Source: a virus
DNA: 64,000 nucleotides
Strand: one strand, 5' to 3'
Virus record (IMG/VR): IMGVR_UViG_3300020167_000001
Coordinates: 1-64,000 of that record
Positions 29,068-37,847 of this stretch are shown here, in pieces; position 1 is the stretch's first letter, and each line of letters opens with the position of its first letter. The notes below the pieces were generated by a model. It did no database searches, was not told the DNA's origin, and saw only the letters and a program-made list of their open reading frames with translations. Made by a program: the position numbers and the translations under genes.

Positions 29068-29420
29068 GTGTAAGTCATGTATTATTAAAATCTAGAAGAA
29101 CTGGAGCTATGCAATTTACGGAAGATTTATTTAAACAAACCTTATCAGATTTTCATAAACCGTATACTGAAAAAAGAGAGTTAGTTATTATGACTGGCCG
29201 CGGAGGTAGGGATATGCTTGATGAAGCAATTCAAAAACAAAATGATTTAGACTTTGCTGATTTTTTAGCTTCTAAAACTTATATCTCCGAAGATGAAAAA
29301 ACTCGCATTCATCAAATGATTAATTCTACTCCTGATGATTATGAAGTAGCAAAAAGTATATTAACAAGCTTATCAGAAAAACATTTTTCTTATTATCACA
29401 CAACTAAAAGATTAAAGTAA
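29064..29420 (+). CDS. MCP-fragment fusion protein C
   Basis: KRELVIMTGRGGRDMLDEAI vs MCP KRQLIVQTGMGGMRLVNEAI, plus the C-terminal module. Confidence 0.75.
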   Translation: MSVSHVLLKSRRTGAMQFTEDLFKQTLSDFHKPYTEKRELVIMTGRGGRDMLDEAIQKQNDLDFADFLASKTYISEDEKTRIHQMINSTPDDYEVAKSILTSLSEKHFSYYHTTKRLK

Positions 29421-29710
29421 TGAGTACCACACGTAATGCAATATTTATGACTATGGCCGAACAAGCTCATTTAGCAAATGTTGCTTTAGACATGGAGAAG
29501 TTTATAATGTATGGTACTCCCGATACCCAGAAAAAAGAAGCTAAAAATGCTCTTAGAAAATTATTAACAGAAAAGAAAATAACATTTACAAAAGCTAAAA
29601 ATATTTTAAACATGATTAATTCTCCCTCTAAGGATAATTTAGATTTTGCACAAATACTTTTAGATACTTTATTAACTCAAAATGTAGCAGAATATGTCAG
29701 TAACATTTAA
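29420..29710 (+). CDS. MCP-fragment fusion protein A
   Basis: FMTMAEQAHLANVALDMEKFIMYG vs MCP FLTSMESAHLTKIATDIETYLMWG, plus the C-terminal module. Confidence 0.75.
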   Translation: MSTTRNAIFMTMAEQAHLANVALDMEKFIMYGTPDTQKKEAKNALRKLLTEKKITFTKAKNILNMINSPSKDNLDFAQILLDTLLTQNVAEYVSNI

Positions 29711-30512
29711 ATCAGCCAACCATAAATATGAAAGTCTTGATCCTGAAGAAAGGATTGACTGGATTAGTGTAACTAGTTTTGTAGCAATGTTCAAACAGAA
29801 GTTTGACCCTGTTAAGCAATCAGTTAAATCTTCTACAAATCCAAGGTCTAAATGGTTTGGTATGGATCCTTTAGAAATTCAAGCTCATTGGGCTAATGAA
29901 ACAGACAGAGCTATTACTGCAGGTTCTTGGTATCATGACCAAAGAGAAAGTGATTTAACTAGCATTGATACAATTCAAAGAGCTGGTAGAGAAATTCCTA
30001 TTATCAAACCTATAATTAATGATGGTGTAAAGCATGCTCCAGTACAAAGATTAACTGAAGGAATTTATCCTGAACATATGGTTTATCTTAAGTCTGCAGG
30101 TATCTGTGGCCAGTCAGATAGGGTTGAAGTTATTAAAGACACTGTTGATATTGTGGATTATAAAACTAACAAAGAAATTAAGATTGCAAGCTTTGTTAAT
30201 TGGGAAGGTAAATCTCAAAAGATGGAAGGACCTTTATCACATGTTGATGATTGTAATTTTAATCACTATGCCTTACAGCTAAGTATTTATATGTATATTA
30301 TATTAAAGCATAATCCAAGATACAAAGCTGGTAAAATGTTTTTACATCATGTAGTTTTTGAAAAAGAGAGTGAAGACAAGTTCGGTAATCCTATTCTTAA
30401 AAGAGATACTAACGGTGAAGTAATTGTGAAAACTGTTATCCCTTATGAAGTACCTTATTTAAAAACTGAAGTTATTGCAATGATTAATTATTTACAAGAT
30501 AAGAAAAAATGA
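29694..30512 (+). CDS. PD-(D/E)XK exonuclease-like protein
   Basis: SVTSFV, GSWYH, PEHMVY..ICGQSDRV..IVDYKT, HYALQLSIY. Confidence 0.8.
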   Translation: MSVTFKSANHKYESLDPEERIDWISVTSFVAMFKQKFDPVKQSVKSSTNPRSKWFGMDPLEIQAHWANETDRAITAGSWYHDQRESDLTSIDTIQRAGREIPIIKPIINDGVKHAPVQRLTEGIYPEHMVYLKSAGICGQSDRVEVIKDTVDIVDYKTNKEIKIASFVNWEGKSQKMEGPLSHVDDCNFNHYALQLSIYMYIILKHNPRYKAGKMFLHHVVFEKESEDKFGNPILKRDTNGEVIVKTVIPYEVPYLKTEVIAMINYLQDKKK

Positions 30513-30709
30513 GTGATGAATATGAACACCGGTCATACTGGACTAAGCTAAATGAAAGATTAAATGAAGAACAAGAAGCTATTATGTCAGAACCAATATG
30601 TTTTCATGAAGATGAAAAAGGTAACTGTTTACAGAGTTTTAGATTTGTAATGATAGATTTTAGTAAAGATGATAAACCTTTTTGTGAAACTGTAAAAAAT
30701 AAAAAATGA
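30509..30709 (+). CDS. hypothetical protein
   Basis: 66 aa, coupled overlaps on both sides. Confidence 0.55.
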   Translation: MSDEYEHRSYWTKLNERLNEEQEAIMSEPICFHEDEKGNCLQSFRFVMIDFSKDDKPFCETVKNKK

Positions 30710-31221
30710 TAAGAATATTTGATTTACAAAATGGGAAGATTATTCCTACTGAGCACTGTTATACTATAGGATATCTTAAAGATATTATGGATGAATATCC
30801 TGAAGATTATTTATCAGTATATGCATTTCTTTTCTACATGGTTTGTCCAAATGAAGACCTTAATCCTTATTTCAATATAGCAGAAGATGTAAAAGAAGAA
30901 ACTATTATGAGAGATGTTCGCGGTAACTTTACAACTGAAGATCCTTTAGTTATTGTAGCATTAACTAACTTAACAGTTATGTTTACCACTCCAACATCAA
31001 GGGCTTACAAGGGTATAAAAATTGCCTTAGATAACATGGGTCAAGTGATGGCTGAAACTAAACCTACATTTGGTAGAGATGGTTCAGCTACAGCTCTATT
31101 AAGAATTGCTGAGAAGTTTGACTCCGTACGACAATCTTACAAAGGAGTATACAAAGATTTACAAGATGAACAATCAACTAGAACAAGAGGTGGAGGCTCT
31201 TTAGCTTATGATCAACAATGA
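30706..31221 (+). CDS. conserved protein upstream of terminase (possible small terminase subunit)
   Basis: 171 aa, helical, ends RTRGG..AYDQ; position just before the terminase. Confidence 0.5.
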   Translation: MIRIFDLQNGKIIPTEHCYTIGYLKDIMDEYPEDYLSVYAFLFYMVCPNEDLNPYFNIAEDVKEETIMRDVRGNFTTEDPLVIVALTNLTVMFTTPTSRAYKGIKIALDNMGQVMAETKPTFGRDGSATALLRIAEKFDSVRQSYKGVYKDLQDEQSTRTRGGGSLAYDQQ

Positions 31222-31432
31222 TGAGTTACATAGTTGGTTATTTCACTATAACCCTTATAAAAAAGAATGGTGTGCTTTTAAAAGAGACCAGCTTAATGAT
31301 TATTTTAATGGCACTTTAAAAGATGCTATTATTTCAAAAAATCACCGTATCTTAGTGACAGCTATTACAAAAGCTAATGGTGATACAGATAAGATAAAGC
31401 TTTTACTAAGAATTAAAAAATTAAATGGATAG
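31208..31432 (+). CDS. hypothetical protein
   Basis: 74 aa, coupled to the terminase gene. Confidence 0.6.
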   Translation: MINNDELHSWLFHYNPYKKEWCAFKRDQLNDYFNGTLKDAIISKNHRILVTAITKANGDTDKIKLLLRIKKLNG

Positions 31433-33626
31433 TTTCTTTTTCACAGACATACCTACATGGGAAAATGGTGTTTGGACTACTACTAGTTTTAGTACTCAGG
31501 AAGACTTTGCTCTTTTTATTAAAACACTATTTCTAGAACCAGGTAAGTATGAGTTTGATGAGACTTCTTTTATTTTTGCTAAAGAAGCCAAGAAGTATCA
31601 GAAAGATAAGTTCTATTGTGAAGCTGCAGTAAAAAGTAGAGACTACATTGAATATTGGGATTCCCAAAAAATGAGATGTAGAAAAGGAGCTTTTTACAAG
31701 AACAAAGGGAAGACCTGGTTTCTCACTAGGGAATACTACATGTGGTTGAACTTCCTACCGATCAATGATAAGGAGAAAAAGAAATTTGATTTCCCTTCTG
31801 TAAGGGATGCTCAATATCACATGGCCCTATATGAATTTCTGGCTGAGTTAAATTACATGCATTGTGCTATCTTAAAGAAACGTCAGATAGCTTCCTCATA
31901 TTATCATGCCGCCAAGATGATTAATTTAATCTGGTTCGAAGAAACTCCTATTCTTAAAATTGGAGCTTCTTTGAAAGGGTATGTTCTTGATACTTGGAAA
32001 TTCTTAGCTGAATATAAAAACTTCTTAGATTTAAACACTGCTTGGTACCGTGATATGAATCCTGGAAAACCTTTGGATTGGATGCAGCAAATTGAAACAA
32101 CCATTCAAGGAAGTAACCGAAAGACAATGGCTGGTTTGAAGGGGGTTCTAAAAGGAACATCTTTTGAGAAAGATCCAACTGCCGGTGTTGGTGGACCTTG
32201 TACTTTCTTCTTTCATGAAGAGGGTGGAATTGCTCCACATGCCGACAAAACTTTAGGTTATATGAAGCCTGCATTAAAGTCAGGTTTGATTACTACCGGA
32301 GTATTTGCTATTGCAGGTTCTGTGGGTGACTTGAGTCAGTGTGACCCTTTAAGGAAGATGATTCTTCATCCAGAGGCTAATGATATTTATCCTGTTGAGT
32401 CTAACTTACTGGATGCTAAAGGTACTTTTGGTAAATCAGGATTATTTATTCCTGAGCAATGGTCTATGCCGCCATGTGTAGATGAGTTCGGTAACTCCAA
32501 GGTTGAAGAAGCTTTGAAAATGCTAGATGTTTATTTTATACAAAAGAAAAAAGATTTAAGTCCTGAAGATTACCAGTTAGAATTGTCTCAGCATCCGCGT
32601 AATATTGAAGAGGCTTTTGCTACAAGAACTGTATCTTTATTTCCAAGTCATTTAGTGGCTGCTCAAAAAAGAAGAATTGAAGAAAAAGAATATGTTACTG
32701 AATTTATTGAATTGAGTAAAAATGCTGATGGTAGTTTCAATGTTGATAAGAGTAATAAGATTCCGGTGATGGAATTCCCTGTAACAAAAGCAACTGAAGA
32801 TAAAACAGGAGTTATTGTTATGCATGAAAAACCAATACCTGGTGCCGCCTGGGGAACTTATTATGCTTCTATTGACCCGGTTTCTCAAGGTAAAACTACA
32901 ACTTCAGAATCCTTATGTTCTATTTACATTTACAAGATTCCCGTAGAAGTAACCAAGGATAACGGAATAGAAGTTACAACTCATATTGAACAAGACAAGA
33001 TTGTAGCTCACTGGTGTGGTCGTTTTGATGATATCAACAAAACACATGAAAGATTAGAGCACATGATTGAGTGGTATAATGCATGGACATTAGTAGAAAG
33101 TAACGTGCCCGGCTTTATCACTCACATGATCAAGAAGAGAAAACAAAAGTATCTGGTTCCTAAAGAACAGATTACTTTTAGAAAAGATATCGAGTATGTA
33201 CAATCCAACTTCCAAGAATATGGATGGAGAAACACAGGTACTTTATTCAGAGCTCATATTCTTCCTTACTTAATCGATTATTGTAAAGAAGAGTTGGATA
33301 CTCAAACTGATGATACAGGTAAGATTTACAAAACCATTTATGGGATTGAACGTATACCTGATATCATGGCTATGAAAGAGATGCAGGAGTACAGAGATGG
33401 ACTCAATGTGGATAGGTTAATTGCTTTAGGAGCACTGATTGCCTTTGCTAAAGTTCAAGAAGCCAACCGTGGTATTAAGAAGAGATTTGAGAAAACAGAT
33501 AAAAAAAGCTTGGAAAAGTCAGAAAATTTGTATAAATTGAATAACAGTCCGTTTAGACATATGGGGAATACAGGAGGAAATTTTGGCCAAAAACCACCAA
33601 GAAATCCATTTAAAAATTTAAGATAA
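31425..33626 (+). CDS. terL: terminase large subunit
   Basis: ILKKRQIASS Walker-A-like, FFFHEEGG Walker-B, YYASIDP RNase-H nuclease Asp, LVESN, NVDRLIA; upstream of the portal. Confidence 0.9.
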   Translation: MDSFFFTDIPTWENGVWTTTSFSTQEDFALFIKTLFLEPGKYEFDETSFIFAKEAKKYQKDKFYCEAAVKSRDYIEYWDSQKMRCRKGAFYKNKGKTWFLTREYYMWLNFLPINDKEKKKFDFPSVRDAQYHMALYEFLAELNYMHCAILKKRQIASSYYHAAKMINLIWFEETPILKIGASLKGYVLDTWKFLAEYKNFLDLNTAWYRDMNPGKPLDWMQQIETTIQGSNRKTMAGLKGVLKGTSFEKDPTAGVGGPCTFFFHEEGGIAPHADKTLGYMKPALKSGLITTGVFAIAGSVGDLSQCDPLRKMILHPEANDIYPVESNLLDAKGTFGKSGLFIPEQWSMPPCVDEFGNSKVEEALKMLDVYFIQKKKDLSPEDYQLELSQHPRNIEEAFATRTVSLFPSHLVAAQKRRIEEKEYVTEFIELSKNADGSFNVDKSNKIPVMEFPVTKATEDKTGVIVMHEKPIPGAAWGTYYASIDPVSQGKTTTSESLCSIYIYKIPVEVTKDNGIEVTTHIEQDKIVAHWCGRFDDINKTHERLEHMIEWYNAWTLVESNVPGFITHMIKKRKQKYLVPKEQITFRKDIEYVQSNFQEYGWRNTGTLFRAHILPYLIDYCKEELDTQTDDTGKIYKTIYGIERIPDIMAMKEMQEYRDGLNVDRLIALGALIAFAKVQEANRGIKKRFEKTDKKSLEKSENLYKLNNSPFRHMGNTGGNFGQKPPRNPFKNLR

Positions 33627-33631
33627 AAGAT

Positions 33632-36412
33632 ATGCAAGTATTAAATGCAATGCAGTTAAAGAGTGGTAAGAAAGCCGATTATAATAGAATGGGTTCTATT
33701 ACTCAGCCACTTCAATTTTTACCTAAAAGTGAGAAAGATCCTGAATGGACTGCCTGGAATATGGACTGGTTAGAATGGAATGGTCTTAAGCAATTAAGAA
33801 AAAATGCTAAAAGGTTAATGAAGAATTACAAATTAGCTAAAGGCACCATTGACAGAACTGACTATGTGAATGAGCCAGATAATGAAATGAGAGAAATTGT
33901 AGATACATTAGCTCAAGAAGACTTCAGTGCTTTAGAGTTAAAGTTCTACCCGATAGTTCCCAATGTTATTAATGTGATGGTATCTGAGTTTGCTAAACGT
34001 AATACTAAAATTACATTTAATGCTGTTGATGATTATTCTTATAATGATCAATTAGAGCAAAAAAGAATGCAAGTTCAGGATGTTTTATTCCAACAAGCTT
34101 CTCAAGATATTCTTGCTAAGATGTTAGATGCCGGTCTAGATCCTGAAGACCCTGAAGTACAACAACAATTACAACAACAAACTGCACCCGAGAACTTAAA
34201 AACTTTACCCGAAATCCAAGGATTCTTTGATAAAAGTTATAGAGGAATGTGTGAGCAATGGGCTGTTCATCAACATAAAATTGATGAGGAAAGATTCAAG
34301 ATGGATGAACTTGAGGAAAGAGCCTTCAGAGATATGCTTATTACAGACCGTGAGTTCTGGCACATGAAGATGAATGAGGATGACTATGATGTTGAATTAT
34401 GGAATCCGGTAACTACTTTTTATCACAAGTCTCCTGAAGTACGTTATGTATCTCAAGGTAACTGGGTAGGTAAAGTTGAGATGTTAACAATCTCTGATGT
34501 TATTGATAAATACGGTTACTTGATGACTCAAGAACAGTTAGAATCTATTGAGGCTATTTATCCGGTAAGATCTGCAGGTTACCCTTTACAAGGTTACCAA
34601 AATGATGGTTCTTACTATGATGCTACTAAATCTCATGATTGGAATGTCAACATGCCTTCTTTAGCTTATAGACAATACATGTCTATGTATGCTAATGGTG
34701 GTGGTATGATCGGAGATGGTGGTGGAGATATCATGCAGTGGATTATGGGAGAAAATGAAGATTATGCTCCTATGGGTGCCGCTTTTTTATTGAGAGCTAC
34801 TACAGCTTACTGGAAGTCTCAACGTAAGGTTGGACATTTAGTTAAGATTACTGAAGAGGGTCAAACTATTACAGATATTGTAACTGAAGATTACAAGATT
34901 ACGGACAAACCTTTGTACGATACAACCTTACTTAAAAATAAAGGTAAAGATAACTTATTATTTGGAGAGCACATTGATTGGATTTGGATTAACCAGGTAT
35001 ATGGTGGTGTTAAAATTGGACCTAATCAACCTTCTTTCTGGGGAATGAATAATCCTGGTGGTATTAACCCGATGTATTTAGGTATTGACCAAAATAGAAT
35101 TGGGCCATTGAAATACCAATTAAAAGGTGACAAGACTCTCTACGGCTGTAAACTTCCTGTAGAAGGAGCTATTTTCAATGACCGAAATACCAGATCAACT
35201 TCTATGGTTGATTTAATGAAGCCTTTTCAAATTGGCTACAACCTTGTTAACAACCAAATTGCTGATATCCTAGTAGACGAGTTAGGCACCGTGATCATGT
35301 TAGATCAAAATGCTTTACCTCAACACTCATTAGGAGAAGACTGGGGTAAGAATAACTTAGCTAAGGCTTATGTAGCAATGAAGAATTTCCAAATGCTCCC
35401 TTTAGATACAGCAATATCTAATACAGAGAATCCTTTGAACTTCCAACATTTCCAAGTAATGAACCTGGAGCAAACTCAAAGAATGCTTTCTAGGATTCAA
35501 ATGGCTAACTATTTCAAACAACAATGCTTTGAAGTAATCGGTATTACTCCTCAGAGATTAGGTCAACAAATTGGTCAAACAGATACAGCTACAGGAGTAG
35601 AGCAAGCAATTGCAGGCTCATATGCTCAAACTGAAACTTACTTTATTCAACACTGTGATTATTTGATGCCGCGTGTGCACCAGATGAGAACTGATGTGGC
35701 CCAATATTACCAATCAAGAAAACCATCTGTTAGACTACAGTATATGACTTCAGCTGATGAAAAGGTTAACTTTGAAATGAACGGTACAGATTTGCTATTA
35801 AGAGATATCAATGTGTTTGCTACAACTAAAGCAAATCAAAGAAATATCCTTGAGCAAATGAAAAAATTAGCTGCTACTAATAATACAGCCGGTGCTTCTA
35901 TTTATGATTTAGGTAACTTGATGCAGGCTGAATCTTTAGGTGAGCTTACTACTACTATGAAAGCCATAGAGAAAAAAGTTGATGCTAAAGAACAAGCTGA
36001 ACGTGAGTCTGCTGAAAATATGAAACAGCAAGAAATTGAAGCTGCTATTAAAGAAAAACAAATGCAGCTTGATCATGATATGTCTGAGGCTGAGAAGAAC
36101 CGTAGAAAAGATATCCTCATTGCTGAAATAAAATCTGCAGGTTATGGAGCTATGCAAGATATTAATGCTAATAAACAATCTGATTATCTTGATGCATTAG
36201 GAGAAATCCAAAAGTCAGAACAGTTTCAAGAAAGTATGAATCTTCAAACTAATAAAGAAGCTTCTCAAACAGCCAATAACCGTGAGAGAGCCCAAATAGA
36301 AAGAGAGAAAATGAACACTTCTATGCAAATGAAACAGATGGATTTACAGATTGCCAGAGAAAATAAAAACAAATTTGATAGTAAAGCTAAAGCTGATAAA
36401 AAGAAGAAATAA
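33632..36412 (+). CDS. portal protein
   Basis: 926 aa after terL; YPIVPNVINVMVSEFAKR, MVDLMKPFQIGYN, IGITPQRLGQ crAss-like portal motifs; coiled-coil C-terminus. Confidence 0.85.
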   Translation: MQVLNAMQLKSGKKADYNRMGSITQPLQFLPKSEKDPEWTAWNMDWLEWNGLKQLRKNAKRLMKNYKLAKGTIDRTDYVNEPDNEMREIVDTLAQEDFSALELKFYPIVPNVINVMVSEFAKRNTKITFNAVDDYSYNDQLEQKRMQVQDVLFQQASQDILAKMLDAGLDPEDPEVQQQLQQQTAPENLKTLPEIQGFFDKSYRGMCEQWAVHQHKIDEERFKMDELEERAFRDMLITDREFWHMKMNEDDYDVELWNPVTTFYHKSPEVRYVSQGNWVGKVEMLTISDVIDKYGYLMTQEQLESIEAIYPVRSAGYPLQGYQNDGSYYDATKSHDWNVNMPSLAYRQYMSMYANGGGMIGDGGGDIMQWIMGENEDYAPMGAAFLLRATTAYWKSQRKVGHLVKITEEGQTITDIVTEDYKITDKPLYDTTLLKNKGKDNLLFGEHIDWIWINQVYGGVKIGPNQPSFWGMNNPGGINPMYLGIDQNRIGPLKYQLKGDKTLYGCKLPVEGAIFNDRNTRSTSMVDLMKPFQIGYNLVNNQIADILVDELGTVIMLDQNALPQHSLGEDWGKNNLAKAYVAMKNFQMLPLDTAISNTENPLNFQHFQVMNLEQTQRMLSRIQMANYFKQQCFEVIGITPQRLGQQIGQTDTATGVEQAIAGSYAQTETYFIQHCDYLMPRVHQMRTDVAQYYQSRKPSVRLQYMTSADEKVNFEMNGTDLLLRDINVFATTKANQRNILEQMKKLAATNNTAGASIYDLGNLMQAESLGELTTTMKAIEKKVDAKEQAERESAENMKQQEIEAAIKEKQMQLDHDMSEAEKNRRKDILIAEIKSAGYGAMQDINANKQSDYLDALGEIQKSEQFQESMNLQTNKEASQTANNRERAQIEREKMNTSMQMKQMDLQIARENKNKFDSKAKADKKKK

Positions 36413-36525
36413 CCTTTAGCCATATACTGCAAAATATTTTTATGGAGACCTTAAAAAAATATCAAGTTTTAAAGTTTATATCTGTAAATTTGTGTATATT
36501 AATATAGTCAATTAAACCAACAAAT

Positions 36526-37803
36526 ATGATAAACGAAACAAAAACAACTGTAGAGGAAACTGATATTGATATTGATGCTTTATTAGGTACTCCAGGAGCT
36601 GACAATGTTATGACTCCTGCAAATACAGACACAGAAAAAAAACCTAGTCTTTTCAGTAGAGAAGGCAAGATGGATTTAACGTTCATTGACAAACCTGATG
36701 ACAAAAAAGATGCTTCCTCACAGCAAGCAGCTTCAACTGAAGGAGCTGACAACCCGGCTGGAACAGATAAAAAACCAGAAACTGTTACAAAAGATGAATT
36801 CGAAAACATCATCAATTCAACTGAAGCCTCTACAGAAACTGAAGAAGCTACTAAAAAATCTGGTAGAGCTGGTGGCTTGGTGGAATTAACTACCAAGTTA
36901 ATTGAAAAAGGCTTATTAGTTCCTTTCGAAGGTGAAGAAGATGTTTCCAAATATACTCTTAAAGACTTTGAAGATCTTTTTGAGATGAACAATAAACAAA
37001 AGGATGATAAAGCTAAAGAAGAAGTTTCTACTTCTTTCTTTAAAGGTTTACCTGAAGAATTACAAGTAGCTGCACATTATGTAGCTAATGGTGGAACAGA
37101 CCTTAAAAATCTTTTCCGTTCTTTAGCAGCTTCTGAAGAAATCAAAGCTTTAGATGTTACTGATGAAGATTCTCAAGAGCAAATTGTAAGAAGTTACATG
37201 CATGCTAAAAAAGTAGGTACAGCTGAAGAAATTGAAGCTGAGATTGAAGACCTTCGCGATAGAGGAAAGTTAGAAGCAAAAGCTTTACAATACAAACCTA
37301 AATTGGACTTAATGCAAGAAGAAATTATTGCAAGACAAGTTCAAGATCAAGAAAAAATCCGAAAACAACATATGGAACAAGCTCGTGCTTACTCAGATAA
37401 TATCTACAAAGCTCTTGAACCTGGTGAATTAAACGGATTAAAACTTGATAAAAAAACCCAAAGTGAATTATACGGAGGATTGACTCAAGCCAATTACCCA
37501 TCTATGTCTGGCCGTCCTACAAATCTTTTAGGACATTTGTTAGAAAAATACCAATACCAAGAACCAAATCATGCCTTAATCAGTGAAGCCTTATGGTTAT
37601 TAAAAGACCCTGAAGGTTACCGATTAAAAGTTAGAGAAGGTGGTAAAAAAGATTCAGATACTGAAACTGCTAGAAAGTTAAAAACAGAACAAGCTAATAA
37701 AACGGCTTCTTCTACCGCGACTGATGAATCTGATAATAAAAACAAGAAGACAGTAGGAGTACAAAGACCATCAGGAAATAATTTTTTCAAAAGATCATTT
37801 TAA
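36526..37803 (+). CDS. acidic scaffold-like capsid assembly protein
   Basis: 425 aa, acidic/disordered N-terminus, located between portal and MCP. Confidence 0.6.
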   Translation: MINETKTTVEETDIDIDALLGTPGADNVMTPANTDTEKKPSLFSREGKMDLTFIDKPDDKKDASSQQAASTEGADNPAGTDKKPETVTKDEFENIINSTEASTETEEATKKSGRAGGLVELTTKLIEKGLLVPFEGEEDVSKYTLKDFEDLFEMNNKQKDDKAKEEVSTSFFKGLPEELQVAAHYVANGGTDLKNLFRSLAASEEIKALDVTDEDSQEQIVRSYMHAKKVGTAEEIEAEIEDLRDRGKLEAKALQYKPKLDLMQEEIIARQVQDQEKIRKQHMEQARAYSDNIYKALEPGELNGLKLDKKTQSELYGGLTQANYPSMSGRPTNLLGHLLEKYQYQEPNHALISEALWLLKDPEGYRLKVREGGKKDSDTETARKLKTEQANKTASSTATDESDNKNKKTVGVQRPSGNNFFKRSF

Positions 37804-37847
37804 AAAACAAATAAATAAATATAAACTAAAAACCCAAAACAAACACA

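Noticed and set aside
28834-29710. Simple MCP pseudogene remnant
   Set aside because: Fragments are in shuffled order, each in an intact coupled ORF with its own copy of a shared C-terminal module, and many differences from MCP are conservative substitutions; kept as a finding instead
29694-30512. Cas4 / CRISPR-associated nuclease
   Set aside because: PD-(D/E)XK core is present, but there is no four-Cys Fe-S cluster pattern and no cas or array context
36462-36992. 176-aa minus-strand ORF and other antisense ORFs in the track (e.g. 4064+, 11175+, 31954-, 52396-, 63012-)
   Set aside because: Shadows of real genes on the opposite strand, with atypical composition and no leader signals
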